Positions 1 through 12,113 of a stretch of 64,000 nt of DNA are shown here, piece after piece. The first letter of the stretch is position 1. Each line of letters opens with the position of its first letter. The position numbers and the translations under genes are program-made. The stretch comes from Macrostomum lignano (lineage: Eukaryota). The stretch spans positions 186,001-250,000 of the forward strand of contig NIVC01001659.1 in NCBI GenBank assembly GCA_002269645.1, written 5' to 3'. Below the pieces are notes generated by a model. That model worked only from the letters and a program-made list of their open reading frames with translations. It searched no databases and was not told the DNA's origin.

Positions 1-1
1 A

Positions 2-568
2 ATGAATGTTCAGAGGCGTGCCCTTCAGAGTTTGCTTCCACAGGAGGCCATCAACGGCACTTCTCACCTGCTTCAGCTGATCGGGAGACAGGCGCGCGTC
101 CTTTCCCAGGATGACAACCGCCGGTTGCCTCTTTGCCGCATCAGCGTAGGAGGCCCGGGGGTCAGTGGAGCTTTCTTCAGGTGGGCTGTCCACCCTCCCG
201 GCTGCATCGGCCTCCCTATCCTGGGCAGGGGCTTCCGTGGGCTCGAGGCCCTCTTCCGCCACCGCCCCAGACTGGGAAGCTTCCGCTGCCGCGGGCCGTT
301 GGCCCCTGGCACCGGTTTGGCTTCCGCCCTCCTTGGCCCGCCTCGCCTTGTTAAGTCGACGGCGGGCAGCTCCAGAGGTGGTGCTGCGTTTCTTAGCAGC
401 TGGAGTAGCAGGTGTCTTCTCGGAGGCACCGCTCAGAGTTGGCTCCACGGGTCTCGCCGAGGCGTCCCCGATGGTAGCAGGTGGTATGGCCGAGGAGTTC
501 ACGGCCCCAGCCGAGGCCGGAGGCACTGTGTCATCCACAGCCGGTTTGTTACTTCGGTTAGAAGCCAT
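2..568 (-). mobile_element. ORF1 (gag-like) N-terminus of a non-LTR retrotransposon, probably LOA/R1-type; runs off the window start; putative 5' UTR about 569-1050
   Basis: Manual translation from ATG 568 is open to the window edge: MASNRSNKPAVDD...KKRSTTSGAARRRLNKARRAKE...PRASYADAAKRQPAVVILGKD... The SGAARRR and SYADAAK motifs are typical of LINE ORF1 proteins. Not in the ORF track because it has no stop inside the window. Confidence 0.6.
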
Positions 569-1908
569 TGGCTGGAAGTAAAAAGGGTGGGACTTCCTGC
601 AGAACACAGGCAAAGAGCCGCAAGGCCGCAACCCCAAACCAAGCGGCAGGCCCCCAAAAAGCAAAATACCACCCTGCGGGGGGACCCAAAAGCGCAAGGG
701 GAACCGTTAGCGACCAGACTACTCCCTGGCCAAGCGTCCATCAGCACGGAGTTACACTGGGACATTAGAGGGTGCGTTTATGGTCACACCAGGACCCGGC
801 GCCAACGAATCAGCTCGGCAGGGCCCAAGGGGGCCTGCCTTAACACCCACGGGACGAGTACCCTTCGAAGTGCGCCTTGCAAGGTGAAAATCAGGAGACA
901 GAGTCTCTTGAGCTATCAGCCCGCCAGGGGAGGCAGGTGTGAGCATCGCTGGCTGGGATAAAGGCCATACCAGTCTCATACTGCACAGATAGTTCACCAC
1001 GCCATTACGTGCAGGACCCGGGGTCCTGGGGGCAACAGCCCCGGCAGTATGTGTAGGTGAATCATTACAAATACATGTAAATAAAGCCCTCTCCTAAATA
1101 CCAAGTGTCCACAAAAAGTACACTAGGCCTATTTTCTATATAGGCCTTATGCCCCTACCCCTTGTTCTTGTAACAATGTAATTGTAACCTTTGCCTTGAT
1201 AGCTTCAATTCTTAAGCAACACAATACTACTGTCTACTAACCCTAATTAAATCCAAAAAGGTTTTGAGCTTCTTTTAGGTAGGCCTATTAGTATGACAGT
1301 TAGGCCTATATTTATTCAATAATGCTTTTTATATGTCTTATATAAATTATATGTCTTATATATATCTTAGGGCCTACCTAGGCATATTATATTAGAAGAT
1401 ATTTTTAAATATGGCTAAGATGCATAGATATTTTAGCCATGGCATGTTGTATCACTTCTTAGTCTTTTTTAGGAATATTTGCTTGGCTTTTGTGTTTATT
1501 GATAGGCCTATTTATTTTTTATATTTTATATATACTTAACTTAGTTATTCTAGGAGCTAAGGCCTATCTAAGTCTTTATTATAAGCCTTGAAAGCTATAA
1601 CTTATTTCACTATTTCTTTTATATAACAATAACAACATATAATATGTGCAACCCCCTTGATTTATACTGGCCATGTGATTTATTTTTTGACCAAGAATAT
1701 AATTTACCTATGAAAGAAACCTTAAAACAAATATTAATTATGCAAGTTTAGGTAAATGAAAAAAGTAACTATAATCTATATTGTCTTATTAGGCCTAAGG
1801 CTCAATGCCTTATCATCTAATTAGTAGGCCTACTACATCTATATTTTTAAGTGGGCATTTTTGCAACTTATCCCTGGTATAGGCCTACTATAATTTAAAG
1901 TGGCCAGG

Positions 1909-2677
1909 TCAGCCAAATCGGCTAATAATTGTGCATTTATGATAAAAACAATAAAATACTTTACCCTCTAGCCATGCAATAGCTAAAAAGGAGAACAGAA
2001 GTCAAAGAGCACATCTCTAAACCATAGCCCTAAAAAATCATATCTCCTAGCTTGGTCTTGGGCACTAGCATTAGTCAAAAGCATATAAGGATATTTTGCC
2101 ATTCACCTTTGGTCTTTGGCCTTGCCTTGCTTATATAGTCTTTGCAGCTTAAGCAATAACACTTTGTAACTAGCAGTTCAAAGCAGCAGGCTTCTAACTA
2201 GATGATATGGGCGGCATATGGCCTACCAATCAAAGTCATTGCCTGCATAGTAGATCAGAAGGCCGCATTAGCATACCCTTATATAGAGTGAGTTATCAGC
2301 CAAATCGGCTAATAATTGTGCATTTATGATAAAAACAATAAAATACTTTACCCTCTAGCCATGCAATAGCTAAAAAGGAGAACAGAAGTCAAAGAGCACA
2401 TCTCTAAACCATAGCCCTAAAAAATCATATCTCCTAGCTTGGTCTTGGGCACTAGCATTAGTCAAAAGCATATAAGGATATTTTGCCATTCACCTTTGGT
2501 CTTTGGCCTTGCCTTGCTTATATAGTCTTTGCAGCTTAAGCAATAACACTTTGTAACTAGCAGTTCAAAGCAGCAGGCTTCTAACTAGATGATATGGGCG
2601 GCATATGGCCTACCAATCAAAGTCATTGCCTGCATAGTAGATCAGAAGGCCGCATTAGCATACCCTTATATAGAGTG
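1909..2677. repeat. Tandem direct duplication of a 382-bp block (1909-2290 and 2296-2677)
   Basis: Both copies start tcagccaaatcggctaataattg and end tacccttatatagagtg; they look identical by eye. Confidence 0.95.
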
Positions 2678-2960
2678 TGGCATTGGTCTTGTTGCATAGA
2701 CCATTGTGCACTTGAAATGCTACATACAGCATGGCTACATATGTAGCATCTAGCTGCCTCCCCAAAGCATCTATCAAGTTCTAGGTCTTGGCATTATATA
2801 AGATAGTCTCAATGACTGCCTGGAGTAGCCAAGCCCTTAGCCTATTATCTAGGGCCTTAGAATTAGAATAGAACACAGAGTGCACAGAACAAAGTGCAGC
2901 CCAGGCCAGTCCTTGTCATCTCACTAGGTTGTTAGCAACATCAGGCATGAGGCCACCAAG

Positions 2961-2985
2961 GTATAGGAACTGGTGGCAGCAGGTA
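2961..2985 (+). mobile_element. Putative LTR end and tRNA-Leu primer-binding site of a decayed LTR retrotransposon
   Basis: ggaac-TGGTGGCAGCAGGT at 2971. TGGTGGCAGC is complementary to the tRNA-Leu 3' end (GCUGCCACCA). The same ggaactggtggcagca 16-mer occurs on the minus strand near 16090-16105. Confidence 0.4.
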
Positions 2986-3059
2986 AGGATGATTGCATCC
3001 CTAGTATCATTTCAATAGTTGATCTTAGTAGGCAGGTTGAAGGGCACTGTGAAAACTAC

Positions 3060-3840
3060 TATCTTATATGCAAGAAAAGAAAGTAGAGGTAAGAAGAGGG
3101 GAGAGAGGAAAAGAAAAATGAGATGGATAAGATGAAAGAGAGGGGAGTAGAGAAAAGAGAGAGAAAAGAGATAGTATAAAAGAAAGAAAAGAAGAGAAAG
3201 GAAAGAGAGGAGTCAGAAGAGGGAAAGATAAGAGTACACATGAGAGGTGAGAAAACAGATAGGAGAGTAAAAATGACAGAAGAGAGAGAGGAAATGAGAC
3301 AGTAAAAACAAGAGTGAACAGATGAGATATGAAAGGAGAGAGAAAAGGAAAGATAGGGGAGCAGAGAGGAGAGATGGGAGAATAGACAGGAGAGAAAAGA
3401 TGATAAATATGAAGTACAGATTAGAGACAAAGAGACGAGAGAACAGAGTAGAGAAGATAGGAGATATGAGAAATGAGAGTAGAGTAGGAAGGAGAGAGAC
3501 AATAGGAGAGAGTAGAAACAAGAGAGAAGAGAAGAGAGATAAGCAAGGAGTAAGAAGAGAGAGGAGACAAGAGATGAGATGGGAGAGAAGAGAGTTGAGA
3601 GGAGATTAGGAGAGATTATAGGAAATAGAAGAAAGAGTAGAAAGAGAAGAGATGAGAGAAGAGGGGGAACAAAGAGGGAAGAGAGGAGAGGGGAGAGAAG
3701 AGATAAAAGAGGAGAAATGAAGAGAGAGAAGAGATGAGAAAGTTAGAGGAGAAAGAAGAGGGGAGAGAAAAGATTAGAAATAAGAAAAGAGAGGTAAGAA
3801 AAAAGAAAAGAGTAAAGGACAGAGAAGAGATAAGAGAAGT
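3060..3840 (+). repeat. Purine-rich (GA) low-complexity tract
   Basis: About 780 bp almost entirely A/G on the + strand; the ORFs called here are compositional artefacts. Confidence 0.9.
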
Positions 3841-4896
3841 TTTAATGGCCTTAAATCTTAATTTGACACAAATTTAATTTGACACAATTGACATAAATTT
3901 GTTGAAATATTTCTGGGGATTTGAATTCCATGGGTTCAAAATCTGCAAGTAATAATAAAATTAGCTACTTTGCAACAATATAGCTAATATAAAAACACCT
4001 GTGTTTGAGTAAATATTTTTATTATTCTGAGCTTTTTTTCAAATTAGAAATATATTATATACTTAAAAAATACATTATTACTTTTAATTTTAATATATGC
4101 TCATAAAACAATTTTGTTCCATGTGGTTAGCAAAAACCTAACCCAACCCTTTTTAAATCTAAATTAGATTATACTGAATAAAATGCCTCATTTTAAGTTT
4201 GTTATCAGTAGTGTGGTATGGCATATAAAGTTTTATTTTGATATCCTAAATTTTGACCCCTAATGAAACAATTTAAAGATAATTTAAGTAATCTTTATAC
4301 TATTTAATCCATAATGCAAAATAGAAATTTAAGAAAATGATTCAACCCAGAATCTAGATTGACTGGAATGACTTGACTAGAAGGTGTAGAAACCATTTTG
4401 TTGCAATAAATTTTTGTATCTTTAATAGATAATCGGCTTAGCTTAATAATCCACTTAGTTGCAGTGGCCATCTTCAGTATATTTGCATACAGTTACAGTC
4501 ATGTGTATAATTGTCTATGGCCAAAGCCACACAACTAAGGCTGGGGATACACCATAAATATGCAAACAGTTATGAAAATATTCAGTCCCCAATGTTTTTT
4601 AAAGAATATTTTATGCTTCTAAAAATTCTTACTTTTTATTTTGTTGGGTGACTGGCGATGGCATGTGTGCCTAAGTGCCTAAGTGCCTAAGTTGAGATGG
4701 TATATAGAAGTAGCCACTGCCATGCCATCAGTCAACTAAGTTTCAATTATAAACGATGTATTTCTGATGCATTTAGACTTTTGTCAATTTGTTATATTGC
4801 AGTAATCTTTAAATATAAAAAAATGCTTAGGTAACTTAGGTCTGTAAGTGCAGCCAGTGTACACTTAGCTGGACTCTCCTAACTGCTTCAGCAGCG

Positions 4897-6014
4897 ATGG
4901 GCAAGCTGGACAAGTTCGTCCAAGTCGGCCGCGTGGCCTTCATTGCCAACGGCGCGGACTCCGGCAAGGTGTGCGCCATCGCCGAGATTGTCGACCAGAA
5001 CCGCGTGCTTATCGACGGCCCCTGCACCGGCGTGCGCCGGCAGGTGTGCGACATGAAGCGGCTGCATCTGACCGGCTTCCACCTGCCCCTGCCGCACTCT
5101 TCCCGCACCGCCGTGGTCAGGAGGAAGTGGCTGGCCGCCAAGCTGGACGAGCGCTGGACTGGCACCAGCTGGGCCAAGAAGCTCGAGGCTCGCCGGCTGC
5201 GGGCCAGCATGACCGACTTTGATCGCTTCAAGTGTGCGCGGGCCAAGCAGGTGGGTCCGGCTGCTGGCAGCTGCTCCGCTCCCTGATCAGTCCCTGAGCC
5301 TGCCTCTCCGCTCCGTGATCAGTCCCTGAGCCTGCCTCTCCGCTCCGTGATCAGTCCCTAAGCCTGCCTCTCCGCTCCCTGATCCGTCCCTGAGTCTGCC
5401 TCTCCGCTCCCTGATCCGTCCCCGAGCCTGCCTCTCCGCTCCCTGATCCGTCCCCGAGCCTGCCTCTCCGCTCCCTGATCCGTCCCTGACTCTGCCTCTC
5501 CGCTCCCTGATCCGTCCCCGAGCCTGCCTCTCTGCTCCCTGATCAGGGTTGCTTTCACAACCACGAAACTTCACAACCGCGAAGCTTCATAACCGCTAAA
5601 AAGACTGCTATATATGAAAGTAAGTGGAAAAATTTTAGCGGTTGTGAAGTATCGCGGTTATGAAGTTTCGCGTTTATGAAATTTAGCGCATATGAAAGTA
5701 GGTGATTTAGCGGTTGTGAAGTTTCGCGGTTATGAAAGTGACAGCAAAATTTTTAGCGGTTGTGAAGTTTCGCCGTTATGAAGTTTCGCGGTTGTGAAAG
5801 TAGGTGATTTAGCGGTTGTGAAATTTCGCGTTGCCTCCGCTCCCCTGATCAGTCCCTGAGTCTGCCTCTCCGTGATCAGTCCCTGAGCCTGGCTCTCCGC
5901 ATTCACCCGCAGATCCGCAACCGCATCGTGTCGGTGGCCATGGGCTCCCTGCGCAAAACCAGCAGTCCTAAGCTGCGCAAGCCAAACAAGAAACGCCATT
6001 TGCGAAAAGCTTAA
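4897..6014 (+). CDS. RPL14: 60S ribosomal protein eL14; join(4897..5250,5913..6014), 151 aa
   Basis: FVQVGRVAFI...GKVCAIAEIVDQNRVLIDGP...MTDFDRFK...AKQ|IRNRIV is the eL14 signature. Donor CAG|gtgggt at 5250/5251, acceptor cccgcag|ATC at 5912/5913, TAA at 6012-6014. Confidence 0.93.
5281..5900. repeat. RPL14 intron: 33/34-bp minisatellite (tccctgatcagtccctgagcctgcctctccgc) interrupted at about 5546-5833 by a foldback-like (ttcacaaccgc/gcggttgtgaa) repeat
   Basis: About 8 units before and 2 after the insert; the insert has ttcacaaccgcgaa motifs on the left and their reverse complements on the right. Confidence 0.85.
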
Positions 6015-6425
6015 ATTATCAACTTTGTTGATTGACGAAGTACCGATCGAGACATACCTTGTGGAGTTAGTCTGATTGCAGGTTGAATACAGCGGATGAG
6101 CATATTGTTTATTGCTTACGTTCAACATGGACGATTGCTGAAGTAATTTGTTTCTGTTAATTGTTTTAAACAGTTTTTTTATTTTCCAGCATGATCATAC
6201 CCTGAGCAATAAGTCTCAGATGAAGGTGTTTTCAGACTTCTGGTTAAGTTGTTTTCGATTTTCAATTGCCCCATAAGAAGAAAAGCAATTCAACTCAAAC
6301 TGATCAATTCTGGAGCCCGCCATCAGTATGTTTTCTATATTAGTATATTCTATAGTACGAGTAGTTGGGCTTCCTTACTCAGAGCAGGTTTTATTGAGTT
6401 CTAAATGGCAACAGTCTCTGCTGAA

Positions 6426-7451
6426 TCAGACGGAGGTTTCGCTCATCTGGTCGTCGAACTGACTGCAGGTGGCGCTGATGAAGTTGTTCGGCACCTCGGC
6501 CGGGTGGTAGCGCTTCACGATGAACAGCCGTCTGTTTGGATCGACCTCTGCACCGTCCGTCGGGGGGTTCGCCTTCGAGTAGGCGGGGGCCTGTCGGAGA
6601 GCCCGCAGCTGCTCCAGGCGGGGCACCTCCGACTGACAGCTGCGGGACTCCCACTCGGTCCGAGCTGGCTGATTCTGGCTGCTATCGGCAGCTCTGGGTG
6701 AGGCTTGCTGCTGGTGCTCATGGCGACCGGTTGGAGCCCCGCTTGAGGCTCGCGGCTGGTGCTCATTGTGGTTGGTGGGAGCCCCGCTTGATGCTCGCGT
6801 CTGATGCTCTGGTGAATCGCTGAGACTTCTAGTAGGAGCCTCTGAGCTGTTCTCCAAATGACTTGGACTTTTGGCTGAGGCCGGCAGGTTTTCATGCTGC
6901 TCGGCCTGCCTTGGCAGCTGATTGGTCCCCGGTCTCGGCCTGGCGCTCGGCTTCCAAGCGGCGCGACTTTTGAAGTCGAACACGGACCGCGGCACGTAGC
7001 AGGACTCCGGCTCGCTGTCGGTGTCGCCGGATCCAGCTTCGCTTTTCGCTGGGCTTGTGGTCGCTTGCAGGTGCTGCTCGGCGGCCGCCAGCAGTTCGCG
7101 ACGCGTGTCTGGCGGCGGACGCCAGCAGCCAAAGCGCTCCTCGCTCCAGTCGAGCGAAGCCCGCCGCGTGGAGGCTGCAGCGGCAGGAAATTTCGGCTGC
7201 TGAAGCTGCCGATCCTCAGCTTCCGCCGCCTCCAGACTTTCCAGGAACAGCCGAATCGTCTCGGTCGCTTCAACGTTGCTCTCTGCAGTCGAAGTCCGGC
7301 CGCCTGCTCGGTGGTCGGCCCCATCGACAGACTGTCTGCGCTGCTGAAGCAGCTGCCGGTTCTGCTGCTGGCGGCGCTGCTCTAGGTAGCGCTTGGCGCC
7401 TCCGTTGGCTGTCCGGGATCTCAGCGGAGGACTCGGGGAGCTTTGGGCCAT
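6426..7451 (-). CDS. Hypothetical, largely disordered protein, 341 aa
   Basis: Long ATG-initiated ORF with coding-like GC bias; no family recognised. Confidence 0.6.
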   Translation of the reverse strand: MAQSSPSPPLRSRTANGGAKRYLEQRRQQQNRQLLQQRRQSVDGADHRAGGRTSTAESNVEATETIRLFLESLEAAEAEDRQLQQPKFPAAAASTRRASLDWSEERFGCWRPPPDTRRELLAAAEQHLQATTSPAKSEAGSGDTDSEPESCYVPRSVFDFKSRAAWKPSARPRPGTNQLPRQAEQHENLPASAKSPSHLENSSEAPTRSLSDSPEHQTRASSGAPTNHNEHQPRASSGAPTGRHEHQQQASPRAADSSQNQPARTEWESRSCQSEVPRLEQLRALRQAPAYSKANPPTDGAEVDPNRRLFIVKRYHPAEVPNNFISATCSQFDDQMSETSV

Positions 7452-9398
7452 GGGGAGTTTTGTGTCCGTGCCTTGCTAGCTGGCTAGTGTTGCATTTGTC
7501 TCGGGCAGCCCAAGCAATTCCCCAGTGCGATCGCCGCTGCTGCCATTTATCGTTGGGGCGCAATCGATAGCGAACCGCGTGGGCAGCCGTTCGGCTACAG
7601 TGACTTGCCAACCAGCATTGAAGTCTTCCTGAGCCGCTCGGAGGGACAATAGTTCCCCACAGCTTGTTAGCTGAGGGCAATTGTACCGACTGGACAGAGC
7701 CAATGCCATGCAACCAAACAACTGCCTTTGAACTGAAAGGCGAAGCAAGAGATTGAAGAAAGCTGAGTAGTAACAAATCCTTCTCCGCGTATTTCTTTGG
7801 CGCTTGGTGCGGTTCTAATCGATTATAATAGCAAGCCAGAAAGTGTACGAACACTTCCAAGAGTATAGATAAATGCCGCTTAGCTGAAGATTTGAAAACG
7901 AAAATCTTGCACAGCTCTGATTTGAGGCACTGAACTGTGCAGGTACAGTTTGCTAACCAAAAATGGGGTTTTCCTGTAAATTAATGAGTTCAGTAGCCTA
8001 ATTAGAGGTTGATAATCGATGCACGAGGTCAACTAATTATGCTACGAACTTTATCAGGTCTTAATTGCACCTGCCTAGTTGCGTGCTCGCAAAACGGTTA
8101 GCTACACGCAGTGCGCTTCGTGCATAGTTTCTATAGAATTCGAATGCATCACAGTATGAGTAACAGCTGCAGGTTCCGCAGCGGAAACGCGGCGACTCGG
8201 AGCACTGCATGAATGCCACTTGACACGAGGGGCGGTGCGTAGGCCGCTGTGCCCGTGTGACATCGCTGATGGATCGGGCATTGTGCTTTAATGGCCGGCG
8301 TGCATTGCTGCCTGTGAGTTTTGCTTTTTGGCGACAGAATTGTGCTGGCTGTGAGGTGGGGCAGCGGGGCTTGCAGGGGTGGCGGCCTGTACGCTCGGGG
8401 CTCAGCAGCATCTGCGCAGTTGGTTGGCCGCTCGCCAGCGTACAAGGCGACCTGCGACTTGAGACCTGAAAACTTATTCTACAACTTGGAAAGGAGGGAT
8501 ACATGTATGAGCGGGAGACAAATATGGCAGAGAGAGAAAGAGCTCAGGTAGAAAAACAAGAATTTCGCCGTGAGTACAACTGGCCAACGTATAAGCGGTC
8601 TCAGTAGCGGACCTGTGCGTTGTGTCTCAAAAGCCTTGAAAGCGAAGTGGAGTTTCCAGCATTCTCAACTTGCTCGCCAGCCGACGCAGCTCTCTCTAAG
8701 GTAAGGCTAAGATAACATTTTCCGTTTAATCTCCCGGTTCTACTCCCACTAACCCTCTCGAACATTGGAAACAAGCAAATTTCATAAAAGTGCAGCATGG
8801 TGTTGCCGAACATCACAGAGCGTGCCGCTCTCCAAGAAAAATCTCATAAGCTGGTAAAAGGCTTGCAAATTTGGGCGGCTGTCTGCCATTTCTTATCAAG
8901 CAGCTCCAATATGCGGGGCAGATAGCTCGTAAATGCACGCCTACGATGAGAGCTGTCCACGAGGGTCAGGGCTGGACGCTCAGGCATGCATTTCAGCTTT
9001 TATGGCGAAAATGTTTCAACACTTGAGTGTGTACGAGAGTGCAGCATTAGCTAAAAGTTTTATTAGCTCTTCTCTGGCAGTGGGACAGACTTCTGTATCT
9101 GCGAGTTCTGACCGCGAAAATTTTGCCCATTTTAATGCAACGCACGTGTATTTGAAGCCGCGAGTTTTAGTTTTTGCTCAATCCGTTCATCAGGATTCTG
9201 TATTTCTAGGCAGGTCTACGTAGTACAGTATCAAATGAAGCTGTTGCAAAGTGCCGTAGTTTACCTTCATTACTCCTAATCCTGTCCCATTGCGATTGGT
9301 GAGTGGACTCACTTAGCAGTAGGCATCATTTTGTGCGTTATGCCCAAGGCAAACTTCCAATAAACCACATTTAGGTTTCGTCGCCTTCAAGGAAATTC

Positions 9399-12113
9399 AT
9401 GGCGACCGCAGTTCCGGCCAGCTTCCTGTCGGCGACTGCGTTCAGCAGCGGCAGCTCGGACGAGAGCGACACTCGCGACAGCGCCGATGAAAGCGACAAC
9501 GAGGCCGACGAGGCGCCCGTCGGGTCCGGCGCCGCTCGGCGAAAGCGCTACAGGCGGACCGCCTCCATGGGCCAGAAAGACGCCGACGCTTGCAACCCCA
9601 GCTGGAAGACGCCAGTCCGACGACGCATCTTGCGCAAGGACCGGCGGGCGACGCTCGAGATGCTGACATCTGACGATGACGTGAATTCGTACCAGGAGGC
9701 TCGGCCCAGCTCCTACCGCGAGCCGGTGGCCCGCAGGACTCTGCACGAGACTTCTAAGCATCTGAAGTCCTCCTTCGAGACGCTGTACAACCCGGAGCTG
9801 AATCGCCAGCAGACCACGGGGCCAGGCTTGCTAACTTCCAGCAGCTCAGAGTCCTTGGCCAGCGACGCTGCGAATACTCTCGCAACTGACACTTGGCAGC
9901 TGGCCAGTGGGCCAAAGCTCTCCAGCCCCTATCTTGACGTGTCCAGGCCGGCTTTAGACTCTCGGATGACACCCGAGCAGGCTGAGCGCAGGGGCGATGG
10001 TTTTCAGCAGGATGGCAGGGCGCATGAGGGCACCAGCGGCGAGATTTGGACCGAATTCGGTGGCCACTCACCGGCAGTGCTGGATGGGCAGTGGAAAGCG
10101 TCGGAAAGCCGAAACTCGCAGCCGGTGAACCTGAGCATTCGAATGTCCAAGCCAAGCTTGCAGGTCAGCACTGACGCTCCGACGCACAGCAACGGTTCCT
10201 TCGGAGTCAACGTGGAGGTTGAGCTGAGCAGGTCAGTAGTGCCAGCAGTCGCACCAGAGCTCCCTGTCAGCGAGCCATTGATCGGAAGTTTCAAACAGCA
10301 AGGACTGCCAACCGCGTTAAAGCCGGCGCCACTTCTGCCAGACAAGCCGAAGACTGCGGCATCGACACGCAGTCGACGCGTCCTGCCGGCTGTGCCGGAC
10401 TCGGCAGACCTGGAGGTGTCGGACCTGCTGCGCAGGGACGCTCCGTCGGAGGCGGCGTCGGCGGATTTTTCTGGCCGACCAAAAAGCGCTGTGGAGATTC
10501 TGGTGCCCAAAGGCCGCTGCAGCTCCATCCAGCAGCTGCCGTCCTCTGCCACCGTCTCGCAGCTGCTCCGCAGCCTGTTCCACAACCCCAGTCCGCATAT
10601 TATGCTGCACCGAGCGCCCACCCAGCAGACGCAGCCTCAGCCGCCCCGAACGCCCATAGCGGAGCATGACGTCAGCGCGGAGCTGAATAAAGCAAGGCAA
10701 AAGTACACGCCGTTACGAGCGAGTCACGTGATTAATCAGCCACCGCAGCCGCAGCCGCAGCTAGCACATCCGCATGGCAACGGACGCCAATCCGCTGTGG
10801 AGATGTTGATGTCGAGACAGCAGCCAACGTCGAGATCGCTGGCTTCAACTCCGCAACAGCTACAGCAGATGCCGCGCAGCCAAAAACAATGGACACCGCA
10901 GCCCAGTCAGGGTAGTCGGCAAGAAGCGCACTCGCATTATGGCGCAACACCTAAGCAAGCTTCGAATATTCCTGAGCATTATAACTCTCGCAGCTCAAGC
11001 AGTTCTGCTGTCCATGGCGCAATTCATCACGAGCCATATAAAGCATCACCTCAAGGATACTCTCATCAGCGACATGCTTCACCGGCTTCAGTGGCTCCGC
11101 ATGATCGACCACGCCACGAGCAAACAGCATACAAAGCGCTCTTCGAGTCGCCACATCTTCCATCACGAGCAGCTCAAGTCCAGCCTCGCAAAGCCCAGCC
11201 CAAAGCTGTCTCCCAAACAGCCCGATATTCTCCGCAAATAGCGCAAACTCCGGCGCAGGCGCCGCCATTACCACCTAGGCGAGCCAAGCAGCAGTTTCTC
11301 GGCCACCAGGTTCCCAGCCCGCATCAGCTGAGCCGCGCTCAGTGTGCTGTTGAGCAGCAGTTTTACAACCGGGTCCAGCCGGCGCCGAAGCCGCTCCTGT
11401 CAACCTACCAGTTGAGGGCACCGCCACCCCCAGTTGATGCCGGCGGCAGCGGTGAGGATGACAGCGGCTGCGGCCAGTCATCGGGCGAGTACCTGCTGGC
11501 CAGCGAGCCTACCAGGCCGGCAGCGGAGAGTCCCGCCAACCCAACTCGGATCCAGACCAACCCGCGCTCCGGCAGGACAGCCGCGACTCTCGAACCCAAG
11601 CCGAGTCAACTGCCGAGCGGACCGCACCTACCGCCTAACGCTGTACGCGTGCTGCCTCGCATGGACAACGTTGAGGTCGGGGAACTTCAGCGGGTGCTGG
11701 CTCTTCGACGCGAGCGAGCAGCAGCGGCCGCGGCCATGAAGAGTGGTGAGGGTGCTAAAGATGCCATCGAGGGGCTGGAGCAAATGTGCCGCGACATGCG
11801 ACTTCACGACGACCAGCTGCTGGACGGCGCGGAGCGGCGGGACACCGCAATTCGAGTGCAAGCTTGCATGGAGTCTCTGTGGACTCCTCAGAGCAGGTCC
11901 GCAGCGACAAATGAACAGCAAAGTGGCCATTATTCCCATGATAGGACGGCCAGTGATCAGGTGCAACAGTTGGCTGCAGATCCCAGCTGCAGATATCGTC
12001 AAACTGCGATAGTGACTTCGAAAATGACGAGGCCAGAATCGGCTACACGTAGAAGCGACCCCCTCAACTCGAGTTTGCAGCCTCCAAATCAGCGGCATCA
12101 CAGAGCTGGGTAA
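9399..12113 (+). CDS. Hypothetical 904-aa Ser/Pro/Gln-rich protein with a possible short C-terminal helical region
   Basis: 2.7-kb uninterrupted ORF with an abrupt switch to AT-rich sequence after the TAA; acceptor-like tttag shortly upstream of the ATG; no family recognised. Confidence 0.75.
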   Translation: MATAVPASFLSATAFSSGSSDESDTRDSADESDNEADEAPVGSGAARRKRYRRTASMGQKDADACNPSWKTPVRRRILRKDRRATLEMLTSDDDVNSYQEARPSSYREPVARRTLHETSKHLKSSFETLYNPELNRQQTTGPGLLTSSSSESLASDAANTLATDTWQLASGPKLSSPYLDVSRPALDSRMTPEQAERRGDGFQQDGRAHEGTSGEIWTEFGGHSPAVLDGQWKASESRNSQPVNLSIRMSKPSLQVSTDAPTHSNGSFGVNVEVELSRSVVPAVAPELPVSEPLIGSFKQQGLPTALKPAPLLPDKPKTAASTRSRRVLPAVPDSADLEVSDLLRRDAPSEAASADFSGRPKSAVEILVPKGRCSSIQQLPSSATVSQLLRSLFHNPSPHIMLHRAPTQQTQPQPPRTPIAEHDVSAELNKARQKYTPLRASHVINQPPQPQPQLAHPHGNGRQSAVEMLMSRQQPTSRSLASTPQQLQQMPRSQKQWTPQPSQGSRQEAHSHYGATPKQASNIPEHYNSRSSSSSAVHGAIHHEPYKASPQGYSHQRHASPASVAPHDRPRHEQTAYKALFESPHLPSRAAQVQPRKAQPKAVSQTARYSPQIAQTPAQAPPLPPRRAKQQFLGHQVPSPHQLSRAQCAVEQQFYNRVQPAPKPLLSTYQLRAPPPPVDAGGSGEDDSGCGQSSGEYLLASEPTRPAAESPANPTRIQTNPRSGRTAATLEPKPSQLPSGPHLPPNAVRVLPRMDNVEVGELQRVLALRRERAAAAAAMKSGEGAKDAIEGLEQMCRDMRLHDDQLLDGAERRDTAIRVQACMESLWTPQSRSAATNEQQSGHYSHDRTASDQVQQLAADPSCRYRQTAIVTSKMTRPESATRRSDPLNSSLQPPNQRHHRAG

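Noticed and set aside
2-961. 319-aa plus-strand ORF
   Set aside because: Antisense shadow of the minus-strand ORF1 and its UTR.
880-1050. Possible HDV-like ribozyme in the retroelement 5' UTR (hairpins, gcc-tcccct-ggc)
   Set aside because: I could not assemble P1, P1.1 and P2 pairings by hand; it needs an RNAMotif/Infernal search.
3059-3609. Ser/Leu/Phe-rich and Arg/Glu-rich ORFs
   Set aside because: Artefacts of the GA-rich tract.
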